Below, in pieces: positions 32,963-42,433 of a stretch of DNA of 64,000 bases (position 1 is its first letter; each line of letters starts with the position of its first letter). The stretch comes from an uncultured Acetobacteraceae bacterium (GTDB lineage Bacteria; Pseudomonadota; Alphaproteobacteria; Acetobacterales; Acetobacteraceae), in the NCBI GenBank assembly GCA_937873225.1, contig CALMVN010000146.1:335-64334 (forward strand), read 5' to 3'. The notes beneath the pieces are model-generated. The model did no database searches. It saw nothing but the letters and a program-made list of their open reading frames with translations, and had not been told where the DNA came from. Both the position numbers and the translations under genes were made by a program.

Positions 32963-33511
32963 ATGACCGATCCGGACGATGCAGGGGTGCCGGGGCCCCT
33001 GCCGGGCTTCACCCACGAGCAGGTCGAGGCGCTCTACTTCGAGGCCGTCCGGCAAGGGCAGGACGACCTGCTCGAACAGTTCCTCGACGCCGGCGCCGAC
33101 CCCAACCGGCCGGACGGACGCGGCTTCACCCCTTTGATCCTCGCGTCCTACAACGGCCACCAGGCCGCCACCGTCCTTCTTCTCCGGCGCGGCGCCGCAC
33201 CCGACCTCGCCGACGCCAAGGGCAGCACCGCCCTGTGCGGCGTCGCCTTCAAGGGCGACCTCGCGATCGCCCGCCTGCTGCTGGACGCGGGGGCTGCGGT
33301 CGACCAGCCCAACCATGTCGGGCGGACGCCGCTGATGTTCGCGGTCATGTTCGGGCGGGAGGCGATGGCGCATCTCCTGCTCGAACGGGGCGCCGACCCG
33401 CTCAAGCGGGATGGCGAAGGCACCACCGCCCTGTTCCTGGCCGAGCGCCATGGCAGCAACGACGTGGCCATGCGGATGCGCAGCCTGCTGCCGGAGCGTG
33501 CCGGCGCCTGA
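32963..33511 (+). CDS. Ankyrin-repeat protein (AnkB-like)
   Basis: About four ankyrin repeats (GFTPLILASYNGH, GSTALCGVAFKG, GRTPLMFAVMFG, GTTAL). GGAGG RBS. Confidence 0.92.
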   Translation: MTDPDDAGVPGPLPGFTHEQVEALYFEAVRQGQDDLLEQFLDAGADPNRPDGRGFTPLILASYNGHQAATVLLLRRGAAPDLADAKGSTALCGVAFKGDLAIARLLLDAGAAVDQPNHVGRTPLMFAVMFGREAMAHLLLERGADPLKRDGEGTTALFLAERHGSNDVAMRMRSLLPERAGA

Positions 33512-33536
33512 CCGGCCGGCGACGCGCTCCGTTACA

Positions 33537-33562
33537 GGAACCCGCGATCGCAGCCGCTGTTG
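33537..33562 (+). promoter_or_regulatory. EcfG/SigT-type promoter
   Basis: GGAAC ccgcgatcgcagccgct GTTG (N17), followed by a GGAG RBS and ATG 33593. Confidence 0.7.
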
Positions 33563-33592
33563 ACCGACCGGCCGCCTGGGCCTGGAGATCAC

Positions 33593-34147
33593 ATGGCAGA
33601 ACCGGTGCGCGGTGCCGACCGGGTCAACGACGATCTGGAGGTCGGCTACGACGAGGAGTTCGAGGCGCGCTGGACCATCGCCCAGCGCATCGGCCTGGTG
33701 GTGATGGTCTCGTTCCTCGTGGTCTGCCTGTCGGGCCTGCTGGGCCGCGGTCCCTTCAGCCATCGCACCGCCACCGCTCCGGACGGGTCGATGCACGTGG
33801 ACTACGAGCCGGCCGCGCGGGAAGGAACGCCCACCCAGATCACGTTCCGCATGGCCAATCCCGGCGACGCGCCGATGCCGGTGAGCGTGTTCGTGTCGGG
33901 CTCTCTGGTGGAGCCGCTCGGGCTCGGCCACACGGTGCCGGAAACGACGGCGGCGATGGTCGGAAGCAAGGGGCTCGTGCTCCGCTTCACGCTGGCGCCG
34001 CAACAGGCGGACGCGAAGATACGGCTCGATGCCATGCCCGCCTCCGCCGGCATCGTCCGGTCCGAGGCGTGGCTCGGCGCCGATGCGACCACGGACCAGC
34101 CGGACCGGCGCCACAGGGTGCACTGGACCCAGGTCGTGCTGCCGTGA
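33593..34147 (+). CDS. Hypothetical single-TM membrane protein
   Basis: RWTIAQRIGLVVM...GLLGRGPFS TM segment, then a beta-rich domain. The ORF-track TTG 33560 falls inside the promoter -10 element, so ATG 33593 is preferred. Confidence 0.75.
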   Translation: MAEPVRGADRVNDDLEVGYDEEFEARWTIAQRIGLVVMVSFLVVCLSGLLGRGPFSHRTATAPDGSMHVDYEPAAREGTPTQITFRMANPGDAPMPVSVFVSGSLVEPLGLGHTVPETTAAMVGSKGLVLRFTLAPQQADAKIRLDAMPASAGIVRSEAWLGADATTDQPDRRHRVHWTQVVLP

Positions 34148-34184
34148 GCCGGCCGCTCCCGACCCGAGGAAGGGCGCGCCGGCC

Positions 34185-34625
34185 ATGAACGTGATCCTGC
34201 GTGCGGCGGCGGCCTACTGGATCCTGCTGTTCGCGCTCCGCTTCCTGGGGCGTCGCACCTCGAGCCAGCTGGCGCCGCTCGACCTCGTGGTGCTGTTCCT
34301 GGTCGCCGGCACCACCCTGACCGGGGTGCTCAGCGACGAGCACTCGGTCACCGCGGGCGTCAGCGTGGTGATCACCTTCGGCCTGATGCACCGGCTGGTG
34401 GGCTGGCTGAAGGTGCACTCGCCCCGGTTCGGGCGCATCGTCGACGGCACGCCGGTCATCGTCTACGAGGACGGCAAGTTCCAGGAGAAGCGGATGCGCC
34501 AGCTGAACATCCAGCAATCGGACATCATGTACGCCGTCCGCCAGCGCGGACTGCACGAGATCGCGCAGGTACGGTATGCGATCGCCGAGCGCGACGGCAA
34601 GATCTCCATCATCGTCCAGGAGTAG
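34185..34625 (+). CDS. DUF421/YetF family membrane protein
   Basis: GRRTSSQLAPLDLVVL, IVDGTPVIVYEDG, IAERDGKISII. Confidence 0.88.
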   Translation: MNVILRAAAAYWILLFALRFLGRRTSSQLAPLDLVVLFLVAGTTLTGVLSDEHSVTAGVSVVITFGLMHRLVGWLKVHSPRFGRIVDGTPVIVYEDGKFQEKRMRQLNIQQSDIMYAVRQRGLHEIAQVRYAIAERDGKISIIVQE

Positions 34626-34658
34626 CGTATCGCGGAGCCAGGGGGCGGGGCCGACCGC

Positions 34659-35102
34659 ATGCAGATCCTCGCCTACGCCTTCGTGGCCTTCGTCGGCCTG
34701 CTCAACGCCGTGCATTCCGGCACCAACGCCACGCTGATGCGCGCCCTCGCCCGCCCGTGGTGGTGCACCCTGTTCGTGTGCGCCATCTCCGGCAGTGCGG
34801 CCGGCCTCGGCCTGCTGCTCAGCCGCGAGCCGTTCCCGACCTCGTCCGGCTTCGCCCAGACGCCCTGGTGGGCCTGGCTCGGCACCGTGATCGCGGTGGT
34901 GCCGATCATCGCCACGATCCTGTTCGCAGGCCGGCTGGGCGCCGCCAGCTTCAACGGCATCGTGGTGACCGCGACCCTGGTCTCGGCCATCCTGCTCGAC
35001 CATTTCGGCATCGTCGGCTTCGAGCGCCATCCGGCGACGCTGTGGCGCATCGTCGGCGGCGCGCTGATGATCGGCGGCCTGACCCTGGTCTGCATCTTCT
35101 GA
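34659..35102 (+). CDS. DMT-family transporter (YdcZ/DUF606-like)
   Basis: About five TM helices, PWWAWLG, LDHFG, RIVGGALMIGG. Confidence 0.85.
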   Translation: MQILAYAFVAFVGLLNAVHSGTNATLMRALARPWWCTLFVCAISGSAAGLGLLLSREPFPTSSGFAQTPWWAWLGTVIAVVPIIATILFAGRLGAASFNGIVVTATLVSAILLDHFGIVGFERHPATLWRIVGGALMIGGLTLVCIF

Positions 35103-35138
35103 CCGTTCCGGGGTTCGCCACGCGTCGCGGTTTGCCGC

Positions 35139-35168
35139 TTGACCGGGCGCGTCTCGTCCGGCCACAGT
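35139..35168 (+). promoter_or_regulatory. Possible sigma70 promoter for the S53 peptidase
   Basis: TTGACC-N18-CACAGT, about 47 nt before the ATG. Confidence 0.35.
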
Positions 35169-35215
35169 TTGTCACAACGGGCGTCGTCCGTCGCACGGTG
35201 CGAGAACGGGATCAG

Positions 35216-37105
35216 ATGAAACACAGCTTCAAGCAGCGGCTTTCCTTGTCGGTCGCCTCGGTCCTCGCCGGGCTGGTGGTGGGCGCGACCGCGAGCCGGG
35301 CCGCGACGGCCGGCGACGTGTCCGTCGGCGACATGCTCGCCCAGACCGTCTACCTGCCGATCCGGAACCCGCAGGCGGCCGAGGCGGCGGCGCAGGCGCT
35401 GCAGACCCCTGGCCCGAACTACCACAAGTTCCTGTCGGTGCAGCAGTTCGTCAGCCAGTACGCGCCGAGCGACGCCCAGATCGCGGAGGTCGAGGCGGCG
35501 CTGGTGCAGCTCGGCTACACCATCGACTACGTGTTCCCCAACCACCTGGCGATCGAGGTGCTCAGCAGCGCCGGCACCGCCGAGGCGGCGACGGGCGTGA
35601 CGCTGCACCGCGTCACCCTGAACGGGCACAGCGGCATGGTGCCGGACCGGGCGCCGACGCTGCCGCGCTCGCTTCGCGGCCTGGTGCGCGGCATCGGCGG
35701 CCTGAACACCTTTTCCCATCCGCATTCGCAGCGCGCGGTGGCGGCGGTCGGCCAGGGCGTGGTTGGCCAGGGCACGACGCGCAGGGCGCTCGGCTCCGCC
35801 ACCCTTACCGGCGGCACTCCAGGCGACTACCTTCCGGCCGATTTCGAGAAGTTCTACCACGTCGATCCGATCTACGCGCTGGGCGTCAACGGCCGCGGCA
35901 CCACGGTCGGCATCGTGACGCTGGCCAACTTCAAGCCGTCCGACGCGTACCTGTTCTGGAAGGGGATCGGGCTGGACGTGTCGCAGACGCGGATCACGGT
36001 CGTGGACGTCGACGGCGGCACCACCATCGCACCGAGCGACGCGCTCGGCGAAGGCGAGACCGACCTCGACGTCGAGGAGTCCGGCGCGATCGCGCCCGGC
36101 GCCAGCGAGCGGGTCTACATCGCGCCCAACAACACCAACGCCAACTTCATCGACGGCTTCGAGGCGGCCGCATCGGACAACATCGCCGACACCGTGTCGT
36201 CCTCCTGGGGCCAGCCGGAGCTCGAATTCTTCACCGACCTCGCCTCGCCCACCAGCAGCCAGACCTTCATGCTCGACGCGTTCCACGACGCCTTCCTCGA
36301 GATGGCGCTGCAGGGCCAGACGGTGTTCATCGCGTCCGGCGACTCCGGATCGTTCGACACCGTGGAGGGCTGCCCCGCCTACGGCACGCCGAGCGCCAAG
36401 AACCCGGTCTGCAACGCGCCCTACGCGGTGGACCATCCGTCCAGCGACCCGTTGGTGACGGCCGCCGGCGGCACCACCTTGCCGTTCTCGTTCAGCCTGA
36501 CCGGCGGGGTGCTCCTGTCGGTGGCACAGCAGCAGGCCTGGGGCTGGGACTACATCTCCAGCGAGGCCGCAGCCCAGGGCCACGCCGCGGACTTCCCCGT
36601 GTCCTCGGTGTTCTCCACCGGCGACGGCGGCGGCGTCAGCTCCTATTTCGGCAAGCCGTACTACCAGAACGGCGTGAACGGCATTACCCTGACCAAGCCG
36701 GGCCAGACCCTGACGCAGGACAACGGCCAGGGCCCGGTGCTGCAGTACGTGCTGCCGGCCAACTTCGCGGGACGCAACTCGCCCGACCTGTCGGCCAACG
36801 CCGATCCGGAATCCGGCTACCAGTACATCGAGGAAGGCGGCGTCGTCGACTTCTACGGCGGCACCAGCTTCGTCGCCCCGCAGCTGAACGGCGTCAACGC
36901 CCTGTTCGTCCAGGGCCTCGGCGGCCGGACCGGCCAGCTCAACCCGATCCTGTACTCGCTGGGCTCGCTGATCTCGACCGACATCAAGGCCGGAGACAAC
37001 TGGGGCTACCAGGCTGCCGGCGGCTACGAGAACGCGGTCGGCAACGGCGTGCTCGACGCGACCAGGCTGGCGATCGGCCTCGCGGCGGTCAAGCTGATCC
37101 ACTGA
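35216..37105 (+). CDS. Secreted S53-family (sedolisin/kumamolisin) peptidase with pro-domain
   Basis: Signal peptide, pro-domain (NYHKFLS...F...YAP), catalytic ExxxD in GETDLDVE, SSSWG, oxyanion ASGDSG, PDLSANAD, catalytic GGTSFVAP. Confidence 0.93.
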   Translation: MKHSFKQRLSLSVASVLAGLVVGATASRAATAGDVSVGDMLAQTVYLPIRNPQAAEAAAQALQTPGPNYHKFLSVQQFVSQYAPSDAQIAEVEAALVQLGYTIDYVFPNHLAIEVLSSAGTAEAATGVTLHRVTLNGHSGMVPDRAPTLPRSLRGLVRGIGGLNTFSHPHSQRAVAAVGQGVVGQGTTRRALGSATLTGGTPGDYLPADFEKFYHVDPIYALGVNGRGTTVGIVTLANFKPSDAYLFWKGIGLDVSQTRITVVDVDGGTTIAPSDALGEGETDLDVEESGAIAPGASERVYIAPNNTNANFIDGFEAAASDNIADTVSSSWGQPELEFFTDLASPTSSQTFMLDAFHDAFLEMALQGQTVFIASGDSGSFDTVEGCPAYGTPSAKNPVCNAPYAVDHPSSDPLVTAAGGTTLPFSFSLTGGVLLSVAQQQAWGWDYISSEAAAQGHAADFPVSSVFSTGDGGGVSSYFGKPYYQNGVNGITLTKPGQTLTQDNGQGPVLQYVLPANFAGRNSPDLSANADPESGYQYIEEGGVVDFYGGTSFVAPQLNGVNALFVQGLGGRTGQLNPILYSLGSLISTDIKAGDNWGYQAAGGYENAVGNGVLDATRLAIGLAAVKLIH

Positions 37106-37118
37106 CGCGGCACCGGTA

Positions 37119-37149
37119 GACGAGGCCAGGGGGCTGCCCCGGCCTCGTC
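37119..37149. terminator. Hairpin between convergent genes (putative bidirectional terminator or REP-like element)
   Basis: GACGAGGCC-a-GGGG-gctg-CCCC-GGCCTCGTC. Confidence 0.55.
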
Positions 37150-37153
37150 GGGA

Positions 37154-37729
37154 CTACCGCCGCTCGTAGGTCCCGACCAGGGTCCCGCGGGCGATCACGT
37201 GCCCCTTCAGCGCCGCGACCAGGGCGCTGCGCCCCGGCACGCTGTCGAACTCGGGCACGGTGTCCAGCGCGAACAGCTGGAACGCGTAGGCGTGCGGCCC
37301 GTGGCCGCGCGGCGGGTCGGGCGGCAGGTAGGCGCGCTGCAGGTAGGAGTTGCGCCCCATGTCGAGCGGCTCGCCCTCGTGCCTCGGGCTGGGCAGCGCG
37401 CCGGCGGCCAGACCGCCATCCACCGCCGCCAGCCCGGCCAGGATGGCGTGCACCAGCGGCCGCGGGGTCGGGCTGTCCTGGTCCTCGATCAGCAGCACCA
37501 GGCTTTCGGCTTCCGGCGGCACCCCGATCCATTCCAGCGGCGGCGACAGCTTGGCGCCGTCCTCCGTGTGCTCGGGCGGGATCGCCCCCCCTTGCGCGAA
37601 GGCGGGCGAGCTCAGCTGGATCACCTCCGGCACCGCCGCGAAGGCCGGGTCGGCCGACACCAGCTTGTCGGCGCCGCTGCGCACGTTCTGGAGCGCGCGT
37701 CCGGCGCCCGCGGGGATGTTCTGCAGCAT
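37154..37729 (-). CDS. YbhB/YbcL family PEBP (Raf kinase inhibitor-like) protein
   Basis: [51 protein letters not shown] precedes ATG 37729. Confidence 0.9.
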   Translation of the reverse strand: MLQNIPAGAGRALQNVRSGADKLVSADPAFAAVPEVIQLSSPAFAQGGAIPPEHTEDGAKLSPPLEWIGVPPEAESLVLLIEDQDSPTPRPLVHAILAGLAAVDGGLAAGALPSPRHEGEPLDMGRNSYLQRAYLPPDPPRGHGPHAYAFQLFALDTVPEFDSVPGRSALVAALKGHVIARGTLVGTYERR

Positions 37730-37859
37730 GGGGGTCTCCTGTCTGGCCGTCCCCTTCACGTCCCGCGCCGGCCAACCGTTCCGCCCCTCGCGACACCGTG
37801 CGGCGGGCGGCCTATACCCTCGACGTCCCGCCCCACGCCAACCATTCGGTGTTTGTTCC

Positions 37860-38939
37860 ATGAGCCGCTTCTGGAGTGACCGCGTCCACGACCTGGTCCC
37901 CTACGTGCCGGGCGAGCAGCCGCATCGTCCGGGGCTGGTCAAGCTCAACACCAACGAATGCCCGTACGGTCCCAGCCCGCAGGCACTCGACGCCATACGC
38001 GCCGCCACCGGCGACACGTTGCGGCTGTATCCCGATCCCGCCAGCCTGTCGCTGCGCGACGCGCTGGCGCGGCACCACCGGATCGACCGGGCGCAGGTGT
38101 TCGTCGGCAACGGGTCCGACGAGGTGCTGGCGCATGCCTTCGGGGGACTGCTCCGGCACGACGCGCCGCTGCTGTTTCCCGACGTCACCTACAGCTTCTA
38201 TCCCGTCTATTGCGGGCTCTACGACGTGTCCTACGAGACGGTGCCGCTGGACGACGGCCTCGCCATACGGGTCGAGGACTATCGGCGGCCCTGCGGCGCG
38301 ATCATCGTCGCCAATCCCAACGCCCCCACCGGCATCGCCCTTCCCCTGTCCGGGATAGAAACCCTGCTCGCCGACCATCCGGACCAGCCGGTGCTGGTGG
38401 ACGAGGCGTACGTGGATTTCGGCGCCTCCTCCGCGGTGCGGCTGATCGACCGGTACCCGAACCTGCTGGTGGTGCACACCCTGTCCAAGTCCAGGGCGCT
38501 GGCCGGGCTCAGGGTGGGGGCGGCCTTCGGCCACCCGTCGCTGATCGAGGCTCTCCTGCGGGTCAAGGACAGCTTCAACTCCTATCCGATCGACCGCCTG
38601 GCCGAGGCCGGCGCGGTCGCCGCGATCGCCGACCAGGCCTGGTTCGAGACCACCCGCGCGCGGATCGTGCGCAGCCGCGGGCACCTCGTCGCGGGCCTGG
38701 AGCGGCTCGGCTTCTCCGTGCTGCCGTCGGCCGCCAACTTCGTGTTCGCCCGCCACGCCCGGCATGGCGGCGCGGCGCTGCAGGCCGCCCTGCGCGAGGC
38801 GGGCGTGCTGGTGCGCCACTTCAACAAGCCCCGGATCGCCGACTACCTCCGCATCACGGTCGGCACCGACGCCGAATGCGCGGTCCTGCTGGACGCCCTG
38901 TCGACCGTTCTCGCCGACCACGCCGCCTTGCCGTCATGA
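37860..38939 (+). CDS. hisC: Histidinol-phosphate aminotransferase
   Basis: [46 protein letters not shown] lysine [20 protein letters not shown]. Confidence 0.95.
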   Translation: MSRFWSDRVHDLVPYVPGEQPHRPGLVKLNTNECPYGPSPQALDAIRAATGDTLRLYPDPASLSLRDALARHHRIDRAQVFVGNGSDEVLAHAFGGLLRHDAPLLFPDVTYSFYPVYCGLYDVSYETVPLDDGLAIRVEDYRRPCGAIIVANPNAPTGIALPLSGIETLLADHPDQPVLVDEAYVDFGASSAVRLIDRYPNLLVVHTLSKSRALAGLRVGAAFGHPSLIEALLRVKDSFNSYPIDRLAEAGAVAAIADQAWFETTRARIVRSRGHLVAGLERLGFSVLPSAANFVFARHARHGGAALQAALREAGVLVRHFNKPRIADYLRITVGTDAECAVLLDALSTVLADHAALPS

Positions 38940-39031
38940 GCTGACCTCCCGGTTGCGCGGCATGAGGACCGGTTGCGGTCGGGATGCCTCGTTGCCGCTC
39001 CGGCTGGACAGTTTCCCGCAGGCTCAGGGGA

Positions 39032-39856
39032 TCACGACGGCTTGCGTCCGAAGGCGAAGTTCAAGGCCGTGTCGTTGGGGACCTGCCCGCCGGTCGCCAC
39101 GGCGGCGATGCCGTCGACATAGGCGGACCGGATGGCGTCGCGCGTTGCCGGAGGCGCCTCCTTCAGGGCCTGCCAGGCCGGGTGGTCCATGTGGTCGTCC
39201 CAGAACCCGATCGCCTTCTCGAGCTCGATCGGGGCGGCGTTCGCAAGCTCGGTCGTGACGGCCACGACCTGGAACCCCGCTTCCTCCAGCAACGAGCGGC
39301 ACTTGCCGGGCGTGTCCGCCACGTCGGCGTAGCGGAGCCGGATCCCGTGCCTGGAGGCGATCTCCGCGACCGTCCCGGAGATGCCGAACGGCCTGGCGGG
39401 TGTGTCGAACGCGATGATCCCGCCCGGCTTGAGAAGGTCGTGCCAGTGCCGAAGGGCGCGAGGGATGTCCGACATGAGCACCAGCGCGGACGCGCACACG
39501 AGGCGGTCGAAGCTCGCCGGGGACAGGTCCAGGCGCTCGGCGTCGCCGACGGCGAAGTCGAGGTTCCGCGGCGCCGCTTCCGCGGCCTTCCTGTTCGCCT
39601 CGGCGAGCATGCCTTCCGACACGTCCACGCCGACCACGCGTCCGGCAGGCCCGACCCGTCCGGCTGCCTCGAAGGCGAGGAGGCCGGTTCCCGTGGCGAC
39701 GTCCAGGACGCGAAGCCCTGGCCGCATGTCCGCTCCCGCGGCGAGGATCGCCACGATGCGGTGGTGCACCTCGGCCTGGTCGTAGGTCGTGCCGCGCCGG
39801 TCGAAATGCGACCTGGCGGAATGCTCCCGGCCGGAACGTGCCGGAGGGTCGCTCAT
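39032..39856 (-). CDS. Class I SAM-dependent methyltransferase (UbiE-like)
   Basis: VLDVATGTG, VVGVDVSEGML, GDAE, SFDRLVC, LKPGG. Confidence 0.9.
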   Translation of the reverse strand: MSDPPARSGREHSARSHFDRRGTTYDQAEVHHRIVAILAAGADMRPGLRVLDVATGTGLLAFEAAGRVGPAGRVVGVDVSEGMLAEANRKAAEAAPRNLDFAVGDAERLDLSPASFDRLVCASALVLMSDIPRALRHWHDLLKPGGIIAFDTPARPFGISGTVAEIASRHGIRLRYADVADTPGKCRSLLEEAGFQVVAVTTELANAAPIELEKAIGFWDDHMDHPAWQALKEAPPATRDAIRSAYVDGIAAVATGGQVPNDTALNFAFGRKPS

Positions 39857-40039
39857 GCGGCTGCGTGTCCTTGCATGTGGAGCCTCACGAAAGCCGTCCC
39901 GTCGCGACATCGTGCCGCCGCGGACGGACCGGAACGTCGACAGGCAGCGCATTCTCGACCGGACATCCGCGTCCCGGCAACAGGCTGTTCCGCCGCTGGC
40001 CGTCTGCCGGAGGTCAGGGTCCTGACGGCCTTCAGGCAG

Positions 40040-40660
40040 TCAGGCCGACGCTTCCCGAGCCAGCCGGACGGCACGCCTGCGGGCCGCCAGGCCGGCGACC
40101 GCCAGCAGCAGGGCCGCGATCGGGGTCAGGACGCCGCTCGCCAGCAGGATCCACGAGGCGCCGCCGCACCACACCACCACGGGCACCAGCAGCAGGGCGT
40201 CGTCGGGATCGAACGGGCGGCAGGGCGGTTCCCGGTCCGCGCCGGTCCCCGCCTGGGGCATGTTCAGCCGGAGAAAGATGAACGCGGTCGAGACCGCGGC
40301 CAGCAGTCCCAGGGCGTAGCCGATCCGGGGCGTCGTCCAGCCGGGAGCCAGGCCGATGCCGAGGCCGACAAAGGCGGCCATGGTCGACACGCAATCGGCC
40401 ACGAGGTCGAAGCGGCCGCCGAACCGGCTGAACCGCCCGCGTCGCCGGGCCAGCTCCCCGTCGGCACGGTCCAGCAGCATCGACAGCAGGAACAGCCCGG
40501 CGCCGGCCGACAGGTATCCGCTCCCGCAGGCGAAGCAGGACGCGGCGCCGAGCCCGGTCAGGAGCCGGAGGGCGGTCAAGGCGTCCGGGCTGACAGGCGT
40601 CCGGGCCAGCCGGCCCACCAGCGGCCGCAACGTCCGGTGCAGGATGGTCTGGTGACTCAA
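40040..40660 (-). CDS. CDP-alcohol phosphatidyltransferase family protein
   Basis: Exact DGxxARx8GxxxDxxxD signature (DRADGELARRRGRFSRFGGRFDLVAD), SPDALT, several TMs. TTG 40660 (SHQTILH) is preferred over ATG 40762. Confidence 0.88.
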   Translation of the reverse strand: MSHQTILHRTLRPLVGRLARTPVSPDALTALRLLTGLGAASCFACGSGYLSAGAGLFLLSMLLDRADGELARRRGRFSRFGGRFDLVADCVSTMAAFVGLGIGLAPGWTTPRIGYALGLLAAVSTAFIFLRLNMPQAGTGADREPPCRPFDPDDALLLVPVVVWCGGASWILLASGVLTPIAALLLAVAGLAARRRAVRLAREASA

Positions 40661-40713
40661 CGCTGATCCAACATGCGCTCGACTCCGAGGCGGCATCGCC
40701 AGGCCGGACCCGG

Positions 40714-41064
40714 TTATGAACCCAACTCGCGGCGGCGGCCATGATCGCCGGATGAACCGCATCTGGTCGACGGCATGTTGGACCAGGCGCCATGGCGCCG
40801 CGGGTCGAGGGACACGGCCCGCTCCAGGACGGGCAGCGCCTCGTCGAAGCGCCCGAGCTCCTTGAAGGTACCCCCGAGGTTGAGCAGCAGCCGGACGTCA
40901 TTCGGCCTGGCCGGCACCACCTTGTCCAGGGCCTCCACGGCCGCCGCGTAGTCGCCCGTCCGCAGGGCGGCGTCGGCGGCAGCGGTCAACGTCGCAGGGT
41001 CGATCCCGACCGACCGCGTCTTCGCATGGACAGCCGTCGAAGCGGGCATGGCCTGATCTCCCAT
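40714..41064 (-). pseudogene. Truncated TPR-repeat protein
   Basis: About two TPR units (AALRTGDYAAAVEAL; LLNLGGTFKELGRFDEALPVLERAVSLDP). The pattern collapses after GAWSN. Confidence 0.55.
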
Positions 41065-41541
41065 CGGCTTCGGTATGCCCGCAATGGTTGGACAAGTCGT
41101 TAACCGTTCCCGGACGGCGCCGCGGAACGCGCCGTGGAAGCAGTCGGAACTCGATGCGAGCGTGGTGCGGCCGATCGGTCGCGTGCGCCAGGCCCTCCGG
41201 CGACACCTGTCATCCGCGACACGGGCGTTCCCACGCCGCCTCGGTCGGGAGCCACCTTCACGACCATGTCCGGTTCAAGGCTGCGGGCATGACGCGGCCA
41301 CGCGACGTGAGCCGGGCCCGCGCCTGGTCGAGGCCGGACCGGTTCGGTGCGGCTGCGGCCGGTCCCGCCACGGTCGTCCCGGCGACCAGGCCGGCCAGGA
41401 ACCGGGCCACCTGGCACCCGGGATCGAAAGCTTGGCCGTGCCCCGGGGCGGTGCCATACAATGCGGTCATGGGCCGCCAACAAGGCCCGTTCCGAGACGG
41501 ACGCCGCGCTCCGCCTCAAGGACCAAGGGGGAAAGAAACCG

Positions 41542-41781
41542 ATGCGCGCCTTCCAGGGACAGTTTTCCGACAACCAGCCGATCCGTCGCAACGTGGCGGA
41601 GAAGCAGAAGCAGCTGCGCGAACTGCGCGAAACCCTGGCAGCGATGAAGGCGCACACCGCGCCGGCGCTGCGCGACAGCGTGCGCCGGCGGATCGCCGAG
41701 CTCGAGGTCGAGCTGCGCGGCACGCCTGCGGCCACGGCCGCCGCGTCGGCGCCCGCCCGTCCGCCACGCCCCGCCGGCTGA
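41542..41781 (+). CDS. Hypothetical 79-aa coiled-coil protein
   Basis: Purine-rich RBS AAGGGGGAAAG, GC-rich third codon positions, amphipathic heptads (KQKQLRELRETLAAM; VRRRIAELEVEL). Confidence 0.6.
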   Translation: MRAFQGQFSDNQPIRRNVAEKQKQLRELRETLAAMKAHTAPALRDSVRRRIAELEVELRGTPAATAAASAPARPPRPAG

Positions 41782-41785
41782 GCGC

Positions 41786-42433
41786 TCAGTCGAACTCCGT
41801 CGGCAGTTCCGGCTGCCGATGGTGCGCGAACAGCCGCGCGATCTGGTGCGGCAGTACCCGGCCGGTGGACAGCTCGGCCGGGATCTCGTGCTCGGCCCAG
41901 AACCGGGCGTCGCTGGTCTCGATGTTTGGCCCCGTCGCCACCGGTGCGTCCTCCAGGGGCGTGCACAGGAAGAACAGCTTGTAGATCGAGAACGGTCCGG
42001 CAGGATGATGACCCTGCCGCCCCCGGTCGTGCAGCAGCGCCAGCTTCTCCGCACGCACCACGTAGCCGGATTCCTCCAGCACCTCGCGCACGGCGCATTC
42101 CGACGCGGTCTGGTTCACGTCCGCCCAGCCGCCGGGCAGGGTCCAGCGGCCCCCGTCCGCCAGCTCCCGCACCATCAGCAGACGCCCGCCCGCGTCGAAC
42201 ACGGCGCCGCGCACGTCCACCTTGGGCGTCGCATATCCGGTCTCGGCGACGAACGATTGTTCCAGCGCGTCCGCCGTTGCCGTCCCGCCGCTGGAGGCCG
42301 CCATCATCCGCGCCGCCAGCGCGGTCAGCGCCCGGTAGCGCTCGACGTCGTACGGGTCGCGGGTGAAGGCGAGGCCGCTCTGCGCCAGCGCCTGCACCTC
42401 GCGCGCCCAGGTCAGCCAGGCCGGCTCGTCCAT
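41786..42433 (-). CDS. NUDIX hydrolase with N-terminal helical domain (YjhB-like ADP-ribose pyrophosphatase family)
   Basis: WAREVQALAQSGL, DPYDVERY, GYATPKVDVRG, NUDIX box LPGGWAD...REVLEESG, YKLFFLC. Confidence 0.92.
   Translation of the reverse strand: MDEPAWLTWAREVQALAQSGLAFTRDPYDVERYRALTALAARMMAASSGGTATADALEQSFVAETGYATPKVDVRGAVFDAGGRLLMVRELADGGRWTLPGGWADVNQTASECAVREVLEESGYVVRAEKLALLHDRGRQGHHPAGPFSIYKLFFLCTPLEDAPVATGPNIETSDARFWAEHEIPAELSTGRVLPHQIARLFAHHRQPELPTEFD

Noticed and set aside
37758-37782. GGAAC-N17-CGTG on the minus strand upstream of ybhB
   Set aside because: The -10 element is imperfect. It is plausible but not supportable alone.
37844-37858. ATTC-N7-GTTC, a near-LexA box at the hisC start
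   Set aside because: One half-site is mismatched and hisC is not an expected SOS gene. It is too weak without conservation data.
41258-41470. 70-aa minus-strand ORF with a signal-peptide-like stretch
   Set aside because: No RBS and no recognisable domain. It cannot be distinguished from chance.
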